64,000 bases of DNA from assembly GCA_951406725.2 (NCBI GenBank), contig OX597834.1:9796001-9860000 (forward strand). Reading direction: 5' to 3'. This DNA comes from Octopus vulgaris. Taxonomy: Eukaryota. A program made the translations under genes and the position numbers. This document shows, piece after piece, positions 40,434 through 52,792 of this stretch. Every line of letters starts with the position of its first letter. Positions within the stretch are counted from its first letter, which is position 1. The notes beneath the pieces were generated by a model. That model was not told where the DNA came from. It saw only the letters and a list, made by a program, of their open reading frames with translations, and made no database searches.

Positions 40434-40919
40434 GGTGTTTTTCAAAGTTGCTGATGTTATTTATATAATTCATGTTTATGCTATATTATTTCTTCTGTGT
40501 CATCGTGTCAATATATACAAATGTATTTTTATACTTATGTCTGTGTCGGCGTATCTATGAACGTATGTATGTATGCATGTATGTATAGATGTGTATGTAT
40601 GTGTGTGTATAGATATGTATATATATATTAATACATATATCTGTGTATGCGTATCTATGTACGTATGTATGTATGCATGTATGTATAGATGTGCATGTGT
40701 GTATATATATATATATATATTTATTTTAATACATATGTCTGTGTGCGTATGTATGCATGTATGTATAGATGTGTATATATATATATATATATATATTTAT
40801 GTATATATATATATATATATATATTAATACATATGTCTGCGTATGCGTATCTATGTACGTATGTATGCATGTATGTACAGATGTGCATATATATATGTGC
40901 GTATGTATGCATGTAAGTT

Positions 40920-40956
<37 letters not shown>

Positions 40957-41189
40957 ATCTGATTGTATATAATTAGCTTCCTGCATTAATGTATCAATTT
41001 ATATTGCTATATTTTCTATCATTATTTTTCAGTCTCTCAAATTTTTCTTCTCATTTTTGCTTTTTTGTATGTTTCGACAATATGAATGTCGCATTTAGCT
41101 CGTCTGATTCCTCTCAACGTAAATTCTCTCACCCTCTCACAATCCCTCTCACCTAATCGAACTCACAAGACCACTCGCACCATTCAGAT

Positions 41190-41665
41190 GTTTCCTCTCT
41201 TTCTATTTCTTTCTTACACTTCTCTCTCCCATCTCCCTTCATTCTTTCCCTTCTCCCCGTCTCCCTCATTCCTCTCCTCTATCTCCCCTCTCTCCACTCC
41301 CTTCCCTCACTTTCTTCCTTCTCTCTTTCCTTCTCTCCCATCTCTCTTTCTCACCCATTTCTCATTCCCTCTCTATTCCAACTCTCCTCCACTCTCTCCC
41401 GTCACCTTCCCTATCACTCCCACTCTCTCATCCCTCTCCCTCCCTTCTCTCCCCTCCCTTCTCTCACTCTATCCCGTCCCTCTTTCCCTCTCCCCCCTCA
41501 ACAATTTCTCACCTCATCCATCTACCCTCTCTCTTTCCCACTGCATGAATCAATCTGTCCATATCTCTATTTCCTCATATTCTCTCTCTTCCATGTTCTT
41601 CACTCTCATGGAAAGGTACCTCTTTTCTCCCAATCACTTCATTCTTATCTTCTTATCCTTTTCTC
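41190..41665. repeat. ~470-bp low-complexity polypyrimidine (CT-rich) tract
   Basis: Almost no G on the plus strand across the tract. It is the source of the SLP-rich 200-aa ORF. Confidence 0.9.
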
Positions 41666-42033
41666 GTGATATTACAATATATCAATAAAAGATACCTACC
41701 GATACGTATACCCAGATTTACAACACACACAAACATTAACAAACATATTATTTCACACAAACTTACACTCGTGCTGTTATACCTAAATATCAGTTCATTT
41801 ACTCTGTGGCTGCTGGGTGTCGAACGGATCACCGGGTCTCCTGCTGGCTTCTACTCCTTGATTTCCTACACATGACAAGATATTGTCAGTTTGGATTCGG
41901 ATTTGCAAATCAACCCATAGTCGGGACCTCATGGGCGCGAATACGCGTGTAAATGTGCACGTGAAAATAATAATAATGTCAAGAGGACTCCACGTTCTTC
42001 ATATGCTCCAGCCGTGTGTTGAGCCCAGGTTCT

Positions 42034-42080
<47 letters not shown>

Positions 42081-42082
<2 letters not shown>

Positions 42083-42283
42083 CGGGAAGCTTTATGAAAA
42101 TAAACAAAAGACGAAGGTAGGTGGAGTACAAACAAAACATTGCATTAGTATGGCGCCCAAGAATATAAATAAAACAAGTCTTTTACGTTTCGAGCCTACG
42201 CTCTTCTCTTCAACAGAAAGATACACAGAAAAGAAACACGGAGAGAAAAAAATGCGTGCAGAAGCTAGCGATTCAACATGGCG
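42081..42283 (-). mobile_element. Element H1, copy 3, with hammerhead-like motif at 42179-42221
   Basis: Minus strand: tcttt-CTGTTGAA-(GAGAA)-GAGC GTAG GCTC-GAAACGTA-aaaga. (TA)n on both sides. Confidence 0.8.
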
Positions 42284-42285
42284 AT

Positions 42286-42320
<35 letters not shown>

Positions 42321-42323
<3 letters not shown>

Positions 42324-42556
42324 TGTTATTCTTTAATTTTTTTCAATCATTGACTGCGGCCATGCTGGAGCACCGCCTTTAGTCGAACAAATCGACCCCA
42401 GGACTTATGCTTTGTAAGCCTAGTGCTTATTCTATCTGTCCCTTTCGCCGAACCGCTAAGTTATGGGGACGTGAAGACATAAACATCGGTTGTCAAGCGA
42501 CGGTGGAGGACAAACACAGGCACACAAACACACACACACACACACATATATATATG

Positions 42557-42591
<35 letters not shown>

Positions 42592-42740
42592 CGAGCTTCT
42601 TTGTTTCCGTCTACCAAATCCTCTCACAAGGCTTTAGTCGGCACGAGGCTATAGTAGAAGACACATGCTCAAGGTTCAACGCAGTGTGACCGAACCAGTT
42701 GATTGGGAAGAAAGTTACTTACCACACAGCCACTTCTGCA

Positions 42741-42742
<2 letters not shown>
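42321..42742 (-). mobile_element. SINE family A, full length
   Basis: Reverse complement of family A, ending accacacagccacttctgcacc. Confidence 0.92.
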
Positions 42743-42786
<44 letters not shown>

Positions 42787-42788
<2 letters not shown>

Positions 42789-43107
42789 CGCAGGAGTGGC
42801 TGTGTGGTAAGTAGCTTGTTTACCAACCACATGGTACCGGGTTCAGTCCCACTGCGTGGCGCCTTGGGCAAGTGTCTTCTACTATAGCCTCGGGCCGACC
42901 AAAGCCTTGTTAGTGGATTTGGTAGACGGAAACTGAAAGAAGCCCGTCGTATATATGTATATATATGTATATGTGAGTGTGCGTGTATGTTTGTGTTTGT
43001 CCCCCTAGCATTGCTTGACAACCGATACTGGTGTGTTTACGTCCCCGTGCTCCAGCATGGCCGCAGTCAAATGACTGAAACAAGTAAAAGAGTAAAGAGT
43101 AAAGAGT
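42787..43107 (+). mobile_element. SINE family A, young, with an internal 3' deletion
   Basis: GGCGCAGGAGTGGCTGTGTGG...GGTTCAGTCCC. The junction gtccccg|tgctccagc removes ~90 bp. (AGTAAAG)n tail. Confidence 0.93.
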
Positions 43108-43212
43108 ATATATATATATATATTATCACACACACGTATACCTGTGTATATGCGTACACTATATGTAGATAGACTGTGTTAGAAACAGGGAACAGAGATA
43201 AGTGAATAGACG

Positions 43213-43248
<36 letters not shown>

Positions 43249-43275
43249 TCATTCAGAGTGAAATATTACCTTCTC

Positions 43276-43315
<40 letters not shown>

Positions 43316-43317
<2 letters not shown>

Positions 43318-43590
43318 CTCTGCTCTGTCATACATGAATACTATGTAAAGATGACTGCTGGTGTGTAGAATAAGGGCATAGCCCGAAAACCTAGGAAGTC
43401 CATTTCCAACGGGTTATGAATTTGAATTTCTTTTCTCTCCGTTGATTAATTTATATTCAGTAGTTTTATAACGGATATGAATTCTGCTTTGGATGATGTC
43501 TATAAATAAGAAACGTCTACGTATGTATTGGTTTCTTGTTGTTCTGTGCTAATGAAACAGTTGAATGTGTTTGTCCTTCCTTGCTTATAT
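43316..43590 (+). mobile_element. Microsatellite-embedded short element H5 with decayed hammerhead-like remnant
   Basis: AA-GGGC ATA GCCC-GAAAA-CCTAGG near 43372-43396 gives stem II, GAAA and a palindrome. The CUGANGA box is not intact. Confidence 0.3.
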
Positions 43591-43654
43591 TTACATACAT
43601 ATGAACATACATACATATGCACATACATACATTTAAACATACATTATATATAGA

Positions 43655-43700
<46 letters not shown>

Positions 43701-43826
43701 CATACATTCGTTTACATATGTAAATCTATATATTTATCTCATTTTCTCTATATCTTTATATATATATATAGTAGTACATAAGTGTGTATATGTAATTATA
43801 TATATATATAAATATACATATATCTA

Positions 43827-43858
<32 letters not shown>

Positions 43859-44136
43859 CACACACATATATATATACACACATACATATATATACATATA
43901 AATGCACACACATATATATATATACACACGCACATATATATATATCGCATGTACATATTTATGCATACATAAGCATTTATACATTCATTGGAGAATACAA
44001 GCACACACATTTATGAAAGCGTGTGTACATGTACATGCATATTGGAAGCGGCAGATCTACGTATACATAACACGATAATCATTCTTACATACAAAGGTAT
44101 ATACAACGGCATACAAACCTACACACGCGTAAATAG

Positions 44137-44182
<46 letters not shown>

Positions 44183-45614
44183 GTGGGCGCGTTCGTGTGG
44201 GTCGGGGTGGACTGACAGTGCGTGTGTATATACAGGATGAGCAGAACATTTATTTGCTCTCCGATCAAATGTATGTGAAAGGGTAAGGCCAAAGTTAGCA
44301 AACAGATCTTGGCAGATCTTTGAAGCGTTTCAAAGGCAGACATTTCCAACTAGTGTTACTTCATACTGTCACAAAGATACAGTCCTTAGCTTCAAATAGA
44401 TACCGTCCATGCGTGGAATAAGCTGTAAGTGAGCCATTTCGACTCACGTGATGATGATGATGATGATTGTGGTAGTAGTGGTGGTTGTGGTGGTGAAGGT
44501 GTTGGTGATGTATCACCACACGCGTGCAGTATCTCTCTCACTCTCTCTCTTTCTTGCTATTCGTTCTCTCTCTATCAATATTTATATCTATCTATCACGT
44601 ATTTTGACTATATATCATATTTCTAAGTACTTATGTATTCGTTAGTCTGTCTGCCTGTTATATATATATATATAAATGTTATATGAATATAAATGATATA
44701 TATATACATGTTATATATATATATATACATGTTATATATATATATATAAATATAAATGTTATATATATATAAATATTATATATATCAATGTTATATATAT
44801 ATATATAAATCTCACATTCACTGAAACACACAAATCATAGATATACTTGAAAATATTCTATATACACCTGAAGTAATTCCTTTATATTTATTAGTATATT
44901 TATGTGTGTGTCAGTGCGTGTACGATACTCACTCACACACATATTACATACATATGTTCAAGCATTCATTAAAATGAACACCTAAAATGATGATGTTTAT
45001 GCCTTTCCATCAATTTTCTAAGTGGATGTATTTTCAATTTTATCGATAGTCTTCATCGAAATCTACCACCCACCAAGAATGTTGCTCCCTCGTTCCTCTC
45101 CTCTCTTATTCTTTTACTCTTTTCTTGATTTGAATGGCAACGATAATACTGAACCACTTTCAAGAATCTCATTCGACTTCGAAGGAAGAAAAGTTAGAAA
45201 CTAACTTGATATCAAGAGTGGAAATTTTGATTAAATTCACACGAAGCAATTCACTTGATCCCCTTTAAATTTTGATATACATATATATGTATAACGTTAT
45301 AATTGTGGGATATGTATTACTATTATTTTAGCTTCTTTGTCTCGAGTTTTTTTCTCACATATTCTCTGACCTCCTCTTTAGCAACTATTTATTCCACGTG
45401 TCACCTCTATTTTGGAATAAAAACTAAAGTAATATGAATAAAGCTGAAGTGAGGACCAAATACATAGCGTGTGTGTTTAATTGGCAAATTATGACCAACT
45501 AAATGTATCACTGTTTCAACACATGACATCGCATCAAGAATATAACAAAAAATATATAAATATATGTATATGTACACACACACACACACACACATACACA
45601 CACATTTATATCAG

Positions 45615-45773
45615 CTTAAAGTCGCTATAGCGCATGAAAGTACAAAAAGGAAAATAGGGCCTCTACAAATTCAAGGGATGTCGAATTACGAGGAAAGTAA
45701 ATTAATGGTGAGTTCCAAGAAGCTACAATTGAAAGAAATGAAATTACTAGAAGAATTTTATTCACGACTAACG
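45615..45773 (+). other. Candidate coding exon with two in-frame phase-0 donors
   Basis: tatcag| at 45614, then an open frame LKVAIAHESTKRKIGPLQIQGMSNYEESKLM|gtgagt (45707) continuing VSSKKLQLKEMKLLEEFYSRLT|gtaagt (45773). Lengths are 93 and 159 nt. No recognisable protein family. Confidence 0.3.
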
Positions 45774-45904
45774 GTAAGTTCTCCAGAAAAATGTTTATAA
45801 TGTTAAACGCTCTTGACAGATGGGAATAGCTCAGAAATTTCGGCTGTGCAACGAAACAAATAGAAAAAAGTGAACCCACTTTACGTGTGTGTGTAGTTCG
45901 AATA

Positions 45905-46013
45905 TATGGAAAACAAAAGACTGTGATAGGTGAGAGAATGAAGAACATATATTAGTTTGATGTTATGGAACATTGGAATAGTTTTGACGTTTCGAGCGTA
46001 CACCCTTTGTCTT
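45905..46013 (-). mobile_element. Element H1, old diverged copy 4
   Basis: aaacaaaagac...aggtg...attagt...gacgtttcgagcgtacaccc aligns to 42102-42205. Minus-strand motif AAGACAAA-GGGT GTAC GCTC-GAAACGTC. Confidence 0.6.
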
Positions 46014-46739
46014 GTTTTTGTGCATGTGTGTTATATATGTATATATTTACGCGATCATATGGTCAGGATTACCACATATGGTCAAGTGAAGCTGATAAAA
46101 CAAACAAAATCCCATGTCATGTTACTAGTGGTCTTCAACACATAACAACGTGTTTATGAAAAATTACGTTTACCATACGACCATTCATGCATCTTTATGT
46201 TAGTAATCACATTCTTATCATAGTTAAGTACACATATCAAGCAAATATGTTACAAAAGTGTGAAAAATATATATTTATATATTTATACCGAGATCGAGAT
46301 TGTAGTCTCATAGATTTTAATTCGCAAATATTTGTGATTTTTCGAAGTGTTTTCTACCACAGGCCTTGATGAATTTTACTTCTTTGTTTTTTTTTCTCTT
46401 GTTTTTTAATTGGGAAATAAAAAAGATCCATTTCTTAATTATGTCTACACAATTCAATATATATATATATATATATAATCTCCCCCACCATGCTCTATAA
46501 CGTATCTATTCCATTTATCGCCCTTCTGTTTCGTCGCTGCGCTTTCTGCAGTGCGTCTCTCTGTCTCTAACATTATTTCTCATATATTCAATCGCACCAT
46601 GTCTTTAAACGCATATATGTATATGCGTTTGTATCTCTGTATGGGTTCATGCATATACATGCATAGAAATATGTATAAGTGCGTAAATAGTCAAGCATAT
46701 ACACAAAATTCGTATGTGTATATATACATATGTATGTAA

Positions 46740-47285
46740 GTATATATATAAATATGCATATATATATATGTGTGTGTGTATATATATATATATATATACA
46801 TTTATATATGTATATATATGAATTTATGTGTATATATATGTATATATATATGTATATATACATTTATATATGTATATATATGAATTTATGTGCATATATA
46901 TGTATATATACATTTATAAATGTATATATATGAATTTATGTGCATATATATGTATATATGTATATATACATTTATATATGTATATATATGAATTTATGTG
47001 CATATATATGTATATATATGTATTTATACATTTATATATGTATGTATATATATATGAATTTATGTGCATATATATATATATATGTATATATTCATTTATA
47101 TATGTATATATATAAATTTATGTGCATATATATGTATATATATATGTATATATATATGAATTTATGTGCATATATATATATATATATATGTATATATAGA
47201 TTTATATATGTATATATAGATTTATATATATATATACATTTTTATATGTATATATATATGAATTTGTGTGTATATATATATATAG
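46740..47285. repeat. Compound minisatellite (unit ~55 bp, anchor GAATTTATGTGCATATA)
   Basis: The anchor is repeated about 8 times with catttatatatgtat spacers. Confidence 0.92.
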
Positions 47286-50042
47286 CGAGAGAGAGAGAGA
47301 TATGTATGTATTACGTATTTATATATACATGCATAAAGATACATATACACAGATATACAGACACATATATATATATATGTGCGCATGTGCATGTAGATAT
47401 GTATTAATGAATTTATGCATAAATGCACGGATTTTTACAGAGGCGTCTATATATAATATATATCAATTATATATATGTGTGATGCTTGTGTGTGTTTGTG
47501 TGTGTATGTTTGTATATAATAATCTGAAGGCGCACGTCTCACATTTTAAGTAGATGTCTGATGTTTATTACTTGATAGAGAGAAGGAATAATGTGGGGAA
47601 ACATATATTTTGTGAGATATTTTAAATGTATTATTATATTTTTGCTTGCGTTACATCTTGCTGGCTTACCGATACACGAGGCTCCACCACTGCATATTAT
47701 ACATGTATGTCTAGAAATGAAATATAAAACATATATCGTGTTTAAAGTACCTATGAATAAATATCGATTTAAACGTGTTTTTTTTTTTTCCAACGGAGAA
47801 ATATTCAGTGGAACTATATTTCAAAAATCCTTCAGCTATTACATGTTTTGCATATACGCTTTGTTCCTATCTGCATCAAATAAATGTCAGGCAAGAAACC
47901 ATTTTAAGGGCAGTTTTCATCTTCCAAATGAATGAAGTAGAAGGGCCTGTACATATTCTCACATACTTGTATTCAAGCTTTTACCCTTCACAATATATAT
48001 TCGATATATACAAAAATAAGCAACACAAACTTGATATTCATTTAAAAAAATCTCAGTTGTATGTTTGTAGTGGTATCCATGACAGTCTCTTAAAAATTAA
48101 TGTTTCTCGTTTTTCGCTTCAATTTCTACGCCTGCCAATATCACGGAAATATTATACAATCACCAGAAATATGTGTAAAAGTTTTGCTCCAAATCGTGCC
48201 ACTTGACTCTACAAATATGAATGGAATATGCTTATATGGACAGAATTCTCCTTCCCCTTATTTGCCGTCCAAATATTCTATGCTTTTTTCTCACATTCTC
48301 TCTCTCTCTCTTTCTTTCTATTTCCTTTTCTCTCTTTCTCCTTTATCCTTTCTCTGCCTATGACTCCTTTTCATTGGCTTGTCTTTCTACGGAATGATTA
48401 AGGCCCAAAACCTCAAATGAATCGTCGGACCTATACCGGAGATGTCATATTTTGTTTCTTGCTTCTGTAATATATGCTGGAACAAATTGTTGGAAAATTA
48501 TACAATAAAGTGTAAAATAACCAAGAACAGCGTTAAAAGGGTTTAAAGCTAAAACAGATCTTGTATTCAGTATGAATGTTTGTGTCTGTAACTTTGCACA
48601 CGCATATACACTTACATCCAGAAACACGCGTGCATACACACATATAACCGCACATACACACACACACAAATACACACACAATCACAAGTACTAATACGTA
48701 CAAATAGTCATGTGGGATATGTTGCAATATTTATAGTTTCATGAGTGTGTGTGTGTGTGTGTATATATATATGTGTGTGTGTGTGAGAGAGAGACTATAT
48801 ATAATATTTTTTATTGAAAGAGAGAAATAAATATAGATGCAGATATAAAAAGTATATATAAATCTTCCCTGTATGTGTTGCTTTTTTATTTTTTCTAGAA
48901 ATATATTCTTGTCTGCATAACTGATAATTAATCATATATAGAATATCTTTCTCACTAGAAAGTTCACTTAACTAAGAAGAAAGCTCGTGTTTAGTTCTGT
49001 CTTTTGTCCGTCTGCTTTCAATATATTTTCATTTTGTAAATATATATATTTTAAAGCATTACATCTTATATTTGCAAACCTCCTCTGAAAAGAAATATAT
49101 TATATTTATTGCTGTCATCTCACGTCACGCGTACTACATGCATACAATACATATTCAGTATATGAAATAAACTGTACCAGATGTGACAATTTTCCGCAGT
49201 ACATAATATACTGGTGTTGAGTGTTGAAACGTTTTACGTGATAGTAGACGGTTATACTCTGGTCGTCGTATCTCAACTTTGGCTTAATATTGTCGCTGAA
49301 GCTGTAGTATACGATGAGATATCTGGAATGTTCCCAATTCAGTGTTAGGAATTCCCGCCCATCAAATAGGAGAAGTTAGGTTTTTAGCCAACTTCGACGG
49401 TTGAATAAACTAATTGAGAAAGGACTCGAGATTGAGTACAAAGTGCATATCTTTCTCTTCGGTGTTCAGTTTTCTGCAGAAATGACGAATAGTTACTCTA
49501 GACTGCATGCGGAACAGTGGTAAATTAATGTTACTCTGTTACACAACTTAACTTATATACATGGCTACGTCTCGAAATAGCGCTCAATCTGTTCACCGTG
49601 TATGTGTATTCCCTATATTCCCTCTAAAATCGCAGTCAAACGCTAAATCAACATAAAATATTAGTGATTTTTATGAATGCTAGTACATGTATACATTTCA
49701 TTGGAGCCGTGTTAGGTTCCCTTAAAATGCATTTAGATGCGGATAGACTACTTTTAAAAATCATTAAAAGTAGCATAAATCTCTACAAATAAAAGAGGAA
49801 TATAAAGTAAATATATTAACCAATAAAATTTCCCTTAAAATATAATATGCAATACATTTTCAGATCTTATTCATTCTTTTCCTCTCTCACTTTCACATCT
49901 TTCTTTGTATCTCTCTCCGTATTTCTGCGGCTCTCTGCCTTCTTTTGTTTTTCGCTTTCCCCTTAACCATATCGTTCTCTCTCTGCCTGTCTGTCTCTCG
50001 GTGTCTGTATGACCCTTTCGCCTTCTCCCTTTTCTTCATCTG

Positions 50043-50083
<41 letters not shown>

Positions 50084-50359
50084 ATCATCGTTTCTCTCTT
50101 CCCTTCTTTATTATAAACTTCTGATTTTTATATTCCCTAACTTTAACATAGCGGCTACAAAGGAAACTATTGAAAACATACTGATTCATCTGTTGCTTGT
50201 CCGATTTGAAACACTCGTTCTTAAGAGCCATTAAATAAAGATAAAATGAGTGTTGGGTAGAGAAAAATTACGGAAACATCAATGGAAATATTTTGCCTAT
50301 ATGTTGCGGCATTATGAAATCACAACGCGCCACTATCTGTACGTCTCACACTCCCTGCA

Positions 50360-50431
50360 CATATACAAATATATATATATGTGCATATAGAGAGGAATTT
50401 ATATATATACATATATATATATGAACGTATG

Positions 50432-50482
<51 letters not shown>

Positions 50483-50818
50483 TTGTGTGTATGAGTGTGT
50501 GCATGTATGTATGTAAAAATTGTACATAATATTTATAAAATATAGATATACATATATATACATAAATGCATGTATATATGTTTATATAAATATGTATATA
50601 TATATATATAGCTATATTTATATATACATATGTATATATATATATACATATTTATATACATATATGTATACATATATATGTATATGAATATACATATAAA
50701 CATATACATATATAAATATGTATATATTTTTGTATATATATATGTATACATATGTATATGTATATTTGTTTATATATGTATATATATGTATATATATATA
50801 TGTGTGTGTGTGTGTATT

Positions 50819-50861
<43 letters not shown>

Positions 50862-50990
50862 TTGTGTGTGTGTGTGTGTGTATTTGTATGTGTGTGTGTA
50901 TTTATGTGTGTGTGTGTGTATTTATATGTGTGTGTTTGTGTGTGTATACAAACTTATTTGTTTATATGTGTATACGTTCCTTTCTATATA
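50360..50990. repeat. (TA)n to (TG)n compound microsatellite
   Basis: Directly visible. Confidence 0.92.
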
Positions 50991-51489
50991 TGTGAATTTC
51001 TGTGTGTCCGTGAGTGTATGTGTTGTGTATGTTTCTATGCGTATGTCTCTGTGCGTGCTTACACAGAACAGAAAAGTTGGACTATAAAGGGAAATTGATA
51101 GATTTTAGCTGTTCACAAGCGAAAGCCTTTACTAATTATATTTTGAAAAGTTAGATATCGTTATTTAATATGTATGTATATGAATGAATGTAATGGATAA
51201 AATAGCAATGATAGCAATCTCAGCCTACTTTTACATTATAAACATATCAACACAATTCAGTAGACGCCATTTCTGTTCAAACGAAATAATCGTTTGAACA
51301 ATTTATACACAGAATTTATTCATTTATTTATTTACATAGTGATGATGGCGATGGTACTGGTAATGGTATGGGTGGTGGTAAGGGTGTTTTTGCGGGAGTG
51401 GTGCTGCAAGTGGTAGTGGTGTTGATGGTGGCGATGACGCTGATATTGATGGTTACAATGTTGCTTTCCCTACTTTATTTTAATTGTTG

Positions 51490-51504
51490 TATATATATAT
51501 ACAC

Positions 51505-51579
<75 letters not shown>

Positions 51580-51621
51580 ATATATATATATATATATATA
51601 TACTATCATATATATATATAT

Positions 51622-51691
<70 letters not shown>

Positions 51692-51898
51692 ACATATATA
51701 TATATATATATATATATACACAAATATATATAAATATATATACACAAATATATATAAATATATATATATATATACACACATATATATATAAATATATACA
51801 TACACATATATATATATACATATATACATACATACATACTCTCACACACACACATATATATATATATATAGGTGTGGTTGTAGGCGTGTGTGCATGTA

Positions 51899-51960
<62 letters not shown>
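51490..51960. repeat. Long (TA)n compound microsatellite
   Basis: Directly visible. Confidence 0.95.
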
Positions 51961-51965
<5 letters not shown>

Positions 51966-52304
51966 TAATTTATCGATGTATGTATGTACGTGTATAATTT
52001 TGTATGTTTTTTTTTTTTATAGTTCCTGAAACAATTGTTTTGCGATTATTCTATTATATTTTAATATTTATATTTTCAATTCTGCTGTATATCTCTATGG
52101 TTACCATGACTTTCTACTGCAGAGAAAATAGAAGGTGTCAGTGTTATTGTTTTTCTAAATGTTTTCTTGTTGCGGATATTGTTTAACCCAAGGCTAGGCC
52201 AGAATGTGTATCTCCAATATTCAAAATTATTCCATTTATTACGAATCGTCATTATCGCAAACGTGCATTCCTCAAACCTTCGTACCGGCCTATTTTATGA
52301 TCTC

Positions 52305-52753
52305 TTTTATCTTTTATCTAATACGTGTTTCAGCCACTGGGCTGCGGCCATGCTGAAGCACATCCTTTGACGGGGTTTATTCGAGCACAATGACCCCAGT
52401 TCTTAATGAAATATATATATATATATATTTTTTTTTAATTATCCCGTTACCATTCAATCGGTCTCTTTGCTGAACATCTGACAGATAGAGACGTAAAGAA
52501 ACCAGTACCGGTTGTCATGGGGTGGGAGCACAAACACAAAAGCAGTTACACACCCACCGACAAACACATTCACACCACAACCCACAAACATACACACACA
52601 CACGCACACGTATATTACGAACATCCACATCGTTTCCGTTGACCAAATTAATTCTTACTAGCATTGATCACCGTGCGTGCGTAGTAACAGATATTTAACT
52701 AATTTGCCGAAATCACTTATTTGCAAAGTCAGATTCTTTTCTCCACAGCCACA
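52305..52753 (-). mobile_element. Diverged SINE family A copy
   Basis: ctgcggccatgctgaagcac...tcggtctctttgctgaac...accagtaccggttgtca...gtttccgttgaccaaat...ccacagccac. Confidence 0.75.
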
Positions 52754-52792
52754 TATGTTTTCATAAAAATGGCGGCGTGTTGTCCAAACTGT

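Noticed and set aside
41086-41688. 200-aa S/L/P/F-rich ORF
   Set aside because: It is a product of the polypyrimidine tract, which cannot encode stop codons.
49480-49519. 40-nt candidate exon (ttttctgcag|AAATGACG...CAGTG|gtaaat)
   Set aside because: The acceptor is good but the donor is mediocre, the phase differs from the other candidates, and there is no homology evidence.
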